A DNA stretch of 62,055 nucleotides, the filler included, from Sphacelaria rigidula (taxonomy: Eukaryota): NCBI GenBank assembly GCA_964200075.2. It is 3 parts of 3 records of this genome, joined end to end, with 100 filler letters (N's around TTAATTAATTAA, not from the genome) between each part and the next. Parts side by side here need not be neighbours in the genome. Positions count along the whole stretch, not along the records: positions 20,730 to 41,343 come from CAXNAA020000508.1; 2 more parts are not named here. The stretch is one strand, 5' to 3'. Every line of letters starts with the position of its first letter. Position 1 is the stretch's first letter. Shown here piece by piece: positions 24,090 through 35,575 of the stretch. The position numbers and the translations under genes were made by a program. The notes below the pieces were generated by a model, which made no database searches, had not been told where the DNA came from, and worked only from the letters and a program-made list of their open reading frames with translations.

Positions 24090-24830
24090 GGCAAAACTTC
24101 ACGCCGTTTCGAGAAGTTCGACCCTGAATTTATGCACAAGTGTTCTATGGGTCATTATGCAACTTTCCAAGGTCGAGATTTTTTCACTTTTTGATTTTGT
24201 TCACCCTTTTTCCGGGGTCCCAGTTTTTTCGGCGAAACTTCGATCCAGTCGGACCCCGTAAAAGGGTAAAGGAATAAAATCAAAGACCTCGTCCATCCAG
24301 AGTTGCGCAATGACCCATAGCACACCTGTGCAAAATTTTAGGACCTGACTCCTCCAAACAGCGTGAAGATTTTCGCGTTTGTACGATGAACCTTGCCGTG
24401 CAACGGTGGAACGGAAAACTACTAGATTTTAGTATGAAAATGACGCTTTTGGGCCTTCTTTGAAGTGAACATGAAACTTCAAGCACCACTTAATCGAGTT
24501 TGGCCACGAAACGTTGTGGAGTTCTTCCTTGGGTTTTGCGGCGACAGAGCGTTCGCGAACAAAATGAAAAAAAAAACGTGGTGCCGGTTTTCCAGGGTCC
24601 CAGAATGGACGACTTCGAAAAACGACTTGGATCCCGTCGGACCCCTGAAAAACGGTAACAATTCAAGAATTAGAAACCCCTCGTTGATCCAAACTTGCAT
24701 AATGATTCATAGCACATTTGTGCAGAATTTCAAGGTCTAACTCCTAATAAATGCGTGAAAATTTGCGCGTTTGTGCGAGGATGTGAGCTTAAAACGTGCA
24801 AACTCCTCACTACTTGGTTTTAGTATAAAA
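24090..24830. mobile_element. foldback element (hairpin 24091-24378) plus a direct partial copy (24585-24830)
   Basis: tgcacaagtgttctatgggtcatt.tgcaact is inverse to agttgcgcaatgacccatagcacacctgtgca, and that right arm recurs at ~24690. It shares ccgg...gggtc / gaccc...ccgg cores with 6336-6560 and 9958-10200. Confidence 0.7.
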
Positions 24831-25064
24831 CATCGTTCAGGGAAATTATCACGAGTCTCCCTGAGTCTTTCCTGCGTATCATGAGTGGAAATTAGACGAC
24901 GCAAACCTCCACATCACCGAAACATTACGGTTTCGGGTATAATTCGACCCTGTTGAAACCGTTTTCAAATCCATTTCTCCCGTTAGATTCTTGAGGTGAT
25001 GACGGTAACTACGATTTGAAGCATGTGGAGATTCGGTGGAAATTGGACTTGGAATTCGTATTTT

Positions 25065-25240
25065 CAATGTCGGAACAGTTTGAAAGGCGCTGATTGGTCG
25101 AGACACACTTTTGTCCATAGCGCCACCGCTATAGCCTTCAACAAAAATCCGGCTATGTCACCCTCTTTGCCCGTTCATTGCGGTCAGTATGATACCATGT
25201 ATGCGACTATTGGGTGTATTGCGGAAGGCATTTGTTGATG
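25065..25240 (+). repeat. dispersed CCAAT-containing repeat (copy of 8820-8992)
   Basis: gcgctgattggtcgag...aacaaaa.tccggctatgtca...cagtatgat..atgtatgcga. Confidence 0.7.
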
Positions 25241-28200
25241 ACAAAAATTGGGGGGGGGTTCCGTGATCCGTCCTGTAGTTGCATCGTGACAGGGAGAAGC
25301 GGGCTCGCACACACAACAATCGGGGATAGAGTTAATGGATGGAACGGTATATCGATAGCGTACCTGGACCATAATCTCGTTTCGAGACTCGAGGCGGGTG
25401 AAATCCCACCCTTCGCCGCGCGACATACGCCCGCTCGTCAGCCAGTCGACGAGCACAAGACTAGCCCCTTGCTCCAACATAAACCGTTGATGCTGCTTGG
25501 GACGGCATGGGAAGCGTATGACGACACAACGATGCATGGTGCTCAAACCTACCCCCTGGGCACTCTTCCTACCGTAACATTAGCTGCAGTAGTGAATGAT
25601 GCCTACTTTCTGTTTTTCTACATTGTTGTTCGCTTCAGGTGTAAAGATCAACCAGAAAAGGTACGGGGCACGATAAATATCGTATTTTCGCGTCGCGGAG
25701 TATGCTCTTGTTGCGGGCCAGCGTCCAGTGCATAGACGACCTGTCCGAAAAATTATGGAAGGAGGCATTATTTGCTTCGACGGTACCAACAGCGAGGTTT
25801 TCCTTTCGCGCAAGCTGCCACCCACTCCAACTATGGCGCAGCAGCAGAGGGTTAGAAATGTCTAGGCCCGAGCTCACGATATTAGACGGGAAACACCACA
25901 TGCGAATCATGTGAGATCTGCTGTTGTCGCGAAAAGCACAGGCAAACCTGCTTAAAGCTGGCGTCCTTGAAGCAAGTGATGGGGTCAGGAACCATGGCGA
26001 TCATGCCGCCTTTCATGACGCAACAGTGCACCGACTGCGCGGCTCGACGAATGGTCGACTCGTCCGCAGCTTTGGGGTTGCTCTGGCTTGTCTTTTGACT
26101 CCCGCGCTTGTACACCTAGAACCAACCGCGAAGATGTATTGGTTGCCCATGCAAAAACGGATAGACAACATCCCAAGTGCCATAATTAAACGTGAACTTG
26201 CATTTATTCGGCCATCAAAAAGTGAAATATGAATTCATCACGGTAATTTGACTGGAACCGGAACACTCGTATTCAGTATATTGCATCTAAAATACTGGCT
26301 ACAATTCGAGCTACTTTGTCATTCCCTTCTTCCTTTCATGTGTTTCCGACCAAAGCATATGGTGTACTAGACTATCGCTGTGGTCATGGTCGATCCTCGA
26401 ACTGCGTCCCCCACCCTACGTTTCTTCGCTACCTGGTTTTGCGATCGGCGGATCATTTTCTCCACGTTGTTATACCTTTGTGGAGCCTTGTGTGGTGACT
26501 GCCGTGGTACACCCCTCGCCCACTATGCAAGAGATGGAAACATGGTCGCCACAAACGGCACCTCCCCCGTAACCTAACGCATACTGCACAATGAACAAGA
26601 ACATCGGGGTGGAAAATACGATCGAAGCGATGTTGGTGTGCATGAAACAAAAGCTGGATGCCGCGAAGTCGTCGGAGCCTAGTTGCACGCGCAGATGGCG
26701 AAGAAATTATGCAACCACTGGATGAGAAGACAAGAATCCGATAGCAACGCGATCGCTTTGTCTTCGTTCGGGCCTCAATTCAATGAGCGGGTACGCACAC
26801 ACGAAAATATGTACGACTCGTCACGAATGCTGGTTACGTGGCCTGTTCTGAAACCAGTGGCGAGGCGATGTTGGACATGCGCTGTACGTCGGCAACTGAT
26901 GCAGTACGCGAACTTGGTACGTGTTTCCCGACTCACCACCCATGCGCAATTTCTATCTGCGGCTCTTGTTGCAGACACGAACTTTAGTGGGTACCTGGAT
27001 GCAAGGGAGGCAAAACAGAACATGGGAACGAAAAAGGGAAAGTAGTGGCATTATGAACTTCAGCAGTTCGAAAGCGTAGCAGAAACACGGCACCGGCAAC
27101 CCAAAACGCAGTAGACCTCTATACAGCGCACAGGGCAGTGCTGCAGCACAAGCAATCGAGTAAGTAGACATGGAATGACTGAGTCTAGAGTGCGTGCGAC
27201 TGCAGTGCTTGTACTGTCTGTAGCTGCTCTCGAGATGCCTCGTTTCGAGTCGCGTGTTCCCATACTGTAATCGTCACGCGAGCAAGCACCAGTGGTTTCA
27301 GCGTTCTTGCTGCAAGAGCACAGAGAAGTCCAAAGCTGTACTTTGTAGTATTTAACATGTGCTATCACCTCGCGTAGGATGTCGTTACCACTGTTTTCCC
27401 CCGTATATATTCGAGCGTTAGCTTGCCCGTGGGCAACTCGTCGCTCGCAAGCATGGGGGTGGTATCGAGATCGGACATCTGCACATTGAAAGTCTTGCAA
27501 TGGAAAATAACTATAAAAACATTGGTTGGATAATGGTGTTTACTTCGCGGTATATCCTTGGCTGTGATGATATGTATCGTTTTGGCGGCGACACGAATGC
27601 ACAGGTTTGCATTAGGAGCGTTGCCGTGCTACATTGCTTGTTTTGTCTAGAGTTCATTGTTCACTGCTGCAAACCCTGACATCAGGACGTGGCGAAGTTA
27701 TGCGTGTATGAAGCGAGACCGCTTCAGGAACACGGTCGGCCACTATCTCTAAGTTCTAGCGCAGCACCCGCGAGAGCGGCAGTTGCAGCCCTCGAGTACC
27801 GTCGGGAAGGGTAAGAACTGATGAAGCACCGCGTGGCCCTTGTCGGATCCAGCGGCGGAGGAGCTGCCGCTTTGGGGTGAGAATAGTGAAAAAAAAAAGT
27901 CGCCTGCCGGACGTCTGACAGTGATTCCCCAAGGTTGCGATCTAGCGGTCATTCGAGGGTCTCCACCTGTTACCGACTGCGGCTGGCAGCGTAGTGCAGA
28001 CAGTACCCCCATTTTGAGCGAGGTATTTCGCAAGTGTTTTGGAATGGCGAAAGTCAAGTTAAACATGAAAATACTGTTTCTGCAGAACAAGCAGACAGTG
28101 TTACGCCGATAGAAGATAAAAATAAAAATGGAAGAGAATCTCACCTTTCGTCTCACCGGCACACGCTGCTGCAAGGCCCCACGACAGATTCAGCGATGTG

Positions 28201-28945
28201 GGGTAGTTTGCTGTGGTTATGGTGACATGTGGGCGAAGTTTCAGCGACTCGCAGCACCCACAGCGTGCGTGCTGCCGTGTTTCCCGAATTGAGCACCTCT
28301 ACAGACAATACCCACCGGCGTTTCGCACTAATTGTCATTATCCAGCGGGTGTTCCAGTTTAGATCAACATTCGTTTCTCCTCGCAGCGCCGCCCCACGTT
28401 TAGATTACGTCGAAGTAAGTGGACGAGTACCTTCACATATGTGTTTCCTGACGGTGCATGCATTTCTGGGCAGCGGGGCGGTCGACTAGAGTGTGTTTTA
28501 CGGGATTTGCAGAATTTCGGAATTCGCGTCCTTCCCGATGCCCCACGCACCGGTGGCGTTGGCACCCGGGGGACATGCTATTTGTGATGTGCCCGAGAAG
28601 TGCTCCAAGTTTCACTCACTGACACGAAGTCGATGTGAAGAAATCCACTTTCGACCATGCGTACAAAATGCAGGAAAAAACCCTGGTCAATCGTGGCAAG
28701 ATACATGAGGTGAGATTGCGCCGCATATCCTACGTACGGCAACGTCCTTGCTGCATATGTGCTTTCCTGGGCAACACGGCATAACTCGAGAGATTTGCAC
28801 AAGAAAACATGACAGCGTGACCGTAGAGGTTTTGCACATGGCCCTTTGACCCGGTACGGTTGTAGTGGTATCCGCTGAATCGTTCGATGCAAACAGAGGT
28901 GTTGTACGGGTGGAAAACTGGAGCAACACTGACGGTGGATGTGTC

Positions 28946-29566
28946 CAGGGGGCAGCGCGTAGAGAAATTTCGGACACGTAACCGCCGCCCCCGCTCCCCA
29001 GGAGGACACGATTCCAAAAACTGCCAAAAAAAAAATTTCAACTGGTTGCAAAAAATTGATCATTGAAGAATCAATCAATCAAGACTGTTCTGATTTTTTT
29101 CTGTCAACTTTGTTGCAAGAAATTGATGAAAAAGCGCTGACGAAAACCGAAAAGTCTGGTGGGCTTCGCGGGGTTGATGATATATGTGATGCGGCTCCTT
29201 GCTCCCTCTGTACCGATGACCTCGGATGTCGGAAGGTATACTTTTCGAAAACCTGTTGATTGTTTTCCCCCCCGTTAATTGTTTTGTGAGAAATTGATCA
29301 ATGAATACTGGCAAAAACCGGAAAGTCTGGTGGGTTTTGCGTGGTTGATATTTTCGCTTCTGCTCCTCATCCGCTCTGTCCCGATGGCATCAGGTGTCCA
29401 TGCCAACGATATCTGTCCACGGCAGCTGACCGCATCCGCCAGCGCTTTGGCAATAAACCAGGGTACGGGCGGCTGGGTGCCACCCCCCCCCCCCCCCCCC
29501 CTCAAAATATACAATTTGCGATCTTGGGGCCCACGTGTCCCGAATTTGTTTTTACTCTACCCCCTG
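28946..29566. mobile_element. non-autonomous hAT-like element with CAGGGG...CCCCTG ends and an internal ~85-bp duplication
   Basis: cagggggcagcgcgtagagaaatttcggacacgt is inverse to acgtgtcccgaatttgtttttactctaccccctg. Both flanks contain gtgtc (partial TSD). aaaaccg.aaagtctggtggg is repeated at ~29144 and ~29313. Confidence 0.55.
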
Positions 29567-31599
29567 GGGTGTCTAGGAATATTTTGTCGACTGACACGAG
29601 GTTCACGACGGCACATTTTTGTTTCACATGTTTCGCAAGCTCGCCGGTGGCTCCGGCTCCCCCATTGGATCTGGGCCTTCGCTTGAAATATGAAGCGCCT
29701 CGAGGGATTAGAGAAGGAGATTGTATCTCGGGATATGTTACAAGCCACGAATGCTGGCTCCGGTGTAGCCAATGCCCACCGCCATGTCCTGCGGCATCCC
29801 CAATCATACAATTTATCCTCGAAGAAGACTCACACTAATGCTGCAACTCATGTGTGGGAGACGAATATGAGCAAAAGTATCGCCCGCCTACAGTATTGAG
29901 TCACACAGATATTTGTGAAGATGGTGTCCCCTGGCAAATACGCGGAAAGGGGGGAAATATTTTGATGGGTTACGCCGCACACTCCCATGTACGTCGAACA
30001 TTCCAGTCCGGTCCTTTGCCGGAGCATGGAGGCGCGCTCCGATCACGCCAACGGTGGTTCGAAAGACGATTTGCCAGTGAAAATATTTCTTATTTTTTCC
30101 CTTTGTAAGCACCATGAATGAAGACAATATCTCTACAGACAATGTCTCTACAGAGCACTCCCTGACGAAGTCAACCCCATGTGCTGCCTTGACCGTCGCC
30201 AGTGAGGACCTGACCCCCCAACTTATCTCCACATAGCCCTCAAACCGTAGCCATGACAAAAACAACTGCGAACTAAAATTCAAGTGGTGACGCCACGATG
30301 GATTCCGCTCCGGCGTCGATCGATGGCGGGCTATGGCGTGCGCCTGCGACCGCATAATAGCACGACAGAGGACACCCAGTAGACCGTTGGGCACCGACAC
30401 CGTCACAAAAGTCGCAGAAATCTACATCCAGTGCCGTAACCACCACTTCAAACACGGGTGACCACTTCGCTCAGCATAGTTGGGAACGAACACTGTACCC
30501 CGCCTGGCGCCATTCTGCGCTCATGTACATCATCCGCGACACCCCTCGGCGCCCATCCCTGCGGTCACCTGACGGGAAAGGCACGACTGACGGCAAGCAT
30601 GGGACAAAGCAGTCGAACGATGGAACGAGTGTTGTCTCGTCTTTCAATAATGCATAACGGATGTCACACAAGAGGAGGGGGTACCGACATGGTTAAAAGA
30701 GAGGCGGAGTTTACACGTCGGGATGAGACCCTCGGCTCCTGTTGGAGTTTTACAACACAGAAGCATCCCCCAGTGGCAGCAGTTGTGTTTTTCCCAAACC
30801 AGCTGTCTTGTCCAGAGACGGTCAAGTCTACCAAAACAACTGGCGATATTTTCTAGATTCAAATGTTCGTGATCATCCTTCAACAAAAATGCATTTTTGT
30901 GCACAGAAAAAGAAAACCGGCAACCGCTAAACGCCCAAGACATCGTGAAACCGCGTCTAAGAGTAGAGCTTGTAAATCTAACGCGTCGAACTTCGCCAAC
31001 CTCTCTTTTTAGGCCGTCAATTGGCGCAGAACGATTAAAAAAAAAACAGTTGTAAAGAACTTCGTTTTTGCTTGCGGTAAGGTACAATCTCCTGGCATCT
31101 TTTTGGCCGACACCACAGTTCCAGAAGCAAGCAAGAGGGTTTTTACGGCTTGAGCACCACCGATGCGTTGATACTCCTCTTTTTTCAGGCTTGAGCGCTA
31201 CCGATGCGTGGATAATCCCGAACTACATCAACGGAACCTCGTCTGCTGACACCGAGCCAACATCTGGGGAGTAATTGGACACAGCACCCCTACGGATGCG
31301 ATACCGACATCAAGATACAAATACAGCAAATGCTACTTGGCCGATGATGGGGAGTTTGCCACCTTGCAGCCGAGATTTCGACCCTGCGGTATTCTCGGTC
31401 GATCGAGCCTGTCCCAATCGTATTCGAGAAACAATTTATGTAGCAATGTACGGGTTTGTTTATTTGAGTTTGTAAGTACTCATCGCACCACAGTCGAACA
31501 GCTGTGTTTCACGGTCAGTAACACCCTCCAGAGAGTAACGAGGTTTCTACTCGTATCCCCCGATTACACCATACCACACTAGCAACAATCTTGTCGTTA

Positions 31600-31875
31600 C
31601 TTTTGAGAGTGGCGCATCGATTGAGAGTGGGTTCGATCATTCGCTTGAACTTGACCAAATCCTCGTTCTGAGTGTGATTTTCTTCACTGGCGTGCGCTTA
31701 TAGCTACACACCGATATCATACTCAAGGATATCGAGGGCTTCAGTGGTGAGAAACTGCAGGTAGCATATCAGGCCCCATGGAGGGGCATCTCGGAACTGA
31801 GCCTGTCCATTCCGTAATTTACCGCTTATCATTCTCAATCGCATCCTCCACTTTGAATCTCACGAAAACGCTGTT
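31600..31875 (+). mobile_element. ~300-bp MITE (family B), left end decayed
   Basis: gattgagagtgg...ggaggggcat.tcggaactga...ctcaatcgcatcc...aatctcacgaaaacgctgtt. Confidence 0.7.
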
Positions 31876-33780
31876 CATTTCGGGCACTGTGTTTTGAGGA
31901 TAATCTGTAGATTCATTAACATATACCGACGCAAGCACTCTACAGTTATATCAAAGGGGACCATGCTATAAAACCATAAAAATAACCCCAAACACTTCAG
32001 GCGTCCACTACTGTATAGTTGTCAACATATTAGGTAAGAGCCCATGATGTTGGAGGGAATACCGTGGCAACCACGGTGTGCCCCCTTTTCGACATAATAT
32101 CACACGCGGCGACAGACCATGAAAGGTATCTTTTGATTGTCGAGAAGGGGGCGTTTCTCACCGAAGTGGCAGCGCCATGTACCTCGTCTTCGGGTGAGTA
32201 CTGCCCTCTCCGGCGAGGTTCCTCGCACGGCGTCTTCATGTTGACAAACCTGGAGGCAAGTTGCGAACGCCAGCGGGTGAGGAGGTGCCATGAAGCTTCC
32301 AACAGTCGGGGCCGTCTACCGTTGGGTTCACTACGGCAATGGCCAACACCCTGGCGTACCTTGTTACGGAATCCAGCCATATCGTACACTGCAGGACAGT
32401 ACTGTTGTAATGGAAAGCACAAAACAGTACAGTACAGGATACAAGTGCACATGGTGATGCCAAACAGTACATGATAGTGGATCGTCCACGCCACTTCACA
32501 GTACGGTGCAGCGAAGTAGAAAGCAGTCCGGTGCACTACAGAATAACAGAGGGCAGCACCGTAGCGTACGGTTCGCGATCGTTTTCAGTACACATCACCG
32601 GAGGGGATTAAGGTCGAGTGCTGCACCCAACGCTGTCGTGCAGCACGATGCAGCGTGTTCTCTGTTGTCATCGCACACGACCCCGCTCGTGATTGCGGAC
32701 CACCCTCATCAATACAGGATAGCACATTACGATACAATCGAGTGCCGCAGACAACGGCACACCGCTCCACAGCAGATCGTGTTGTGTACTGTCTGTCGCC
32801 CAAAACTGCACCGCACCGGACGTGCAGTTGGCATTTCAGTGCATCACATGACGGTACACCACATGACACTCGAGTGCCGACACAGCAGCACAGCCCAGCA
32901 CGCAACAGTGCCGTGTGTGTCGCCATCCCGTAACATACCGTACTGGACCGTGCACAAGGCGTGTACTATTTTGCGGTACACTCTGCAATACTGTAACATT
33001 CAAGTACAGTACACATCATGACAGGGCTGTGCGGTTAATCATGGACTTTTATACTGGATTTTATATGCAGTTTGCAGCCCCAGCCCAACATCAGATATGC
33101 TTGCAGTCAATCGCCTCTTGTGTGATGCCCCACACACGAATCGAGATAGTTTTTTCTCAGATGGATTCTATGCGCCATAGACTACCCCATGCACATCGCG
33201 CAGCTTCCCAACTCCTAGCTTGGCCGCCACCAGTCTGCGTACCATCACGTGACATTGCGGCCACGAGGAACCCATACAGAGCAACACCGTTAAGACCGGC
33301 CAACTCGGGAACTAATCATATTCTCACCCGAAAACTGGCACGGACACTCCGCCTTGAACAACACTTCCCACCGGTACCGCCTGTTGGACATGTGCTCCTT
33401 CCTGTAGGGTTGGCCACCCGTGCGATATGCGACTACTTTGCAGTTGGTGCTAGCTCATTCCGTGTACAGTGATTCTTGTATGCAGGCTGGTTCGGAAAAA
33501 AATGTTTTTTTTCTATCGGCGTAACACTGAAAGCAGTATGCGTTACGCGGAAGGGGGGTCATCATCTGAGTGCTACGCTCTCGATTCAGGAGAAGCTCAC
33601 CACAACAGTGTGAGGGAGGCTTGAGGAGGGAGGTTTACCCCGTGGATACCATAGATAATGACAATAGTTAGTACCGTACAGAACAACGGTACAGATACTG
33701 GGAGTCCTGCTTCGGAATCATTCATCACAAGTCCGAGCCACTGTACCGTATCAAGCAAGTGCACGACATCGCAGGTCCCG

Positions 33781-34262
33781 CTTAGACCGACTCTAACGGG
33801 AGCCGCTCAAACTTCCTGTTTCAAACTGCCTTTTTGGCCCTTCTCCGTCGTTTTACGCCTGAACAGCGGGCCAGGCGGATGTTGACGCCTTGGAATGACT
33901 TGCTCTACTCATCAAGACAGTTCCACAGCAACTTTGCATTTTCCGCTGGCCGCACTTTTATTTTTTGCCACACACGGATTTTCATTTAAAAAAAACGGTC
34001 AAGCGGTCAAAGTACAGAGGGAAATTTTGATCACCTGATCGTGTTTTACTGAAATTCCGTGTTTGGCCTGATTGGCCAAAAACAAAAGTGCGGCCAGCGG
34101 GAAAAGCAAAGGTGCCCTAGAACGGTCTCGACGAGTAGAGCAAGTCATCACAAGGCGTTAACATATGCCTAGCCCTCTTTTCGGGCGTAAATCAACGGAG
34201 AAGGGCCCAAAAGGCAGTTTTCGACAGGAATTTTGAACGGCTCCCATTAGAGTTGGCCTCAG
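33781..34262. mobile_element. 482-bp foldback MITE (almost entirely one imperfect palindrome)
   Basis: actctaacgggagccg / cggctcccattagagt; tgacttgctctactc / gagtagagcaagtca; ccgctggccgcactttt / aaaagtgcggccagcgg. Confidence 0.9.
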
Positions 34263-34590
34263 AAGCTCGTTGTTTTGACTCGTATTAGATCAATCCATGT
34301 TACAAAATTTCGAGAAATCTGGAGATCGTCATCCAATTCAAATGAACACGAGAGAGGTACACAAGTACAGCGCTGGATGAACTGAGTGAACACGGCGATA
34401 CCGCGATACTGAAACATCACCAGCAAGCACAACTCGACCGAACCACAGACTCTTTTCGGTCACACACGAAACTCCATATGACTGCGCACCTGTCTGTTTG
34501 TACTGACTGCTGAATTTTGCGTTGCTGTTAGGGAAAACGGCGCGCTGCACTGCTGTCTGGAGCTTTTGTTCACAAGAAACAACAACAAAG

Positions 34591-35575
34591 ACATATTTCA
34601 GTGAGATTTAAGAGTTCAGCGTTGATCGAGGGTGAGTTTTATTATTCGCTCTAATTTGGTCAATGTTTCGCTTTGTGTGTGTTTTTCTTTGCCTGTAACT
34701 CTGTCGAGTGCTTACAGCTACACGTCAGGATAAAGGATTGAGTGGCAAGCTACCACAGAAAGTGTATCGCGCCTCGTGGAGGGGCATTTCGCAACTGAAA
34801 ATTTCTTTCATTGACCCTTTTGGTACCGGCAATGGAAGAGTGCTGATTTCGAGGTTCTGTTTTTCAACATGTTGACTGTTTGCAGCTTCCACGCAGCACG
34901 ACTTGCCCAAGGCGTGTTTATCAGACCCGCGGCCGCTTCTAACTGGCGGCGAATTGCGTAAATACTGTATCGCACCTCACTCCCTCCACGTCTGATGAGG
35001 GGAGTTCTGTGTGCGCGGCCATACTACTCTATTTTCGTGATGTGGCAAAGTACACTTGCACAGTGTTGGGCGGGTACGACCTCCGGACTGCAGCACATTA
35101 CTCCGGCGGGATGCGTAACCGATATAAACGTGTTGCAATCAGCTAATGTGAAATAATCAATCAATCAATCAATAAACGTGTGCCCCAGTGCCACACGGGA
35201 CTCAGTATCGAAGAAAAAACACAGGTGGTGCTGATTTTTGTTGTATGAAATCTAGAGGCCGCGGTTCTGGTTTTTGCTGTGTGCACAAAGTTGAACACAC
35301 TTGACCCGTTGCGTCCCCTCATTGGATAAATCTAATCCGACCGCACCGGGGCGACCGTTTTGGTGCGAACATTACGTATGTCCGTGGATTCTTCTGTGGC
35401 TTTCCGCCGTAAAAATGGCTGTTATTATTTTTTCTCTTCCCATATTTTTTCTGCCAGCGCTTAAAATAATGAGGCGTCTGGACCAGGGACACGAGGGGAG
35501 GGTTCCCGAAGGGTTGGTTGCCCACTTCTCTCTCTCAATCGCATCCTGGAATCTCAATCTCGCGAAAACATTGTT
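34591..35575 (+). mobile_element. family B MITE split by a ~700-bp insertion
   Basis: The family B body (to gtggaggggcatttcgcaactgaaa...attgacc, ~34817) resumes at ~35530 with ctctcaatcgcatcc...atctcgcgaaaacattgtt. Confidence 0.6.
35095..35172 (+). mobile_element. 3' tail of a non-LTR retroelement ending in (AATC)n
   Basis: atcagctaatgtgaaataatcaatcaatcaatcaat resembles the tails at 51060-51092 and 51797-51840. Confidence 0.5.

Noticed and set aside
32380-33020. Overlapping 110-185 aa ORFs in a CAGTA/GCAC-rich stretch
   Set aside because: Low-complexity decayed simple-repeat sequence with no protein signal.
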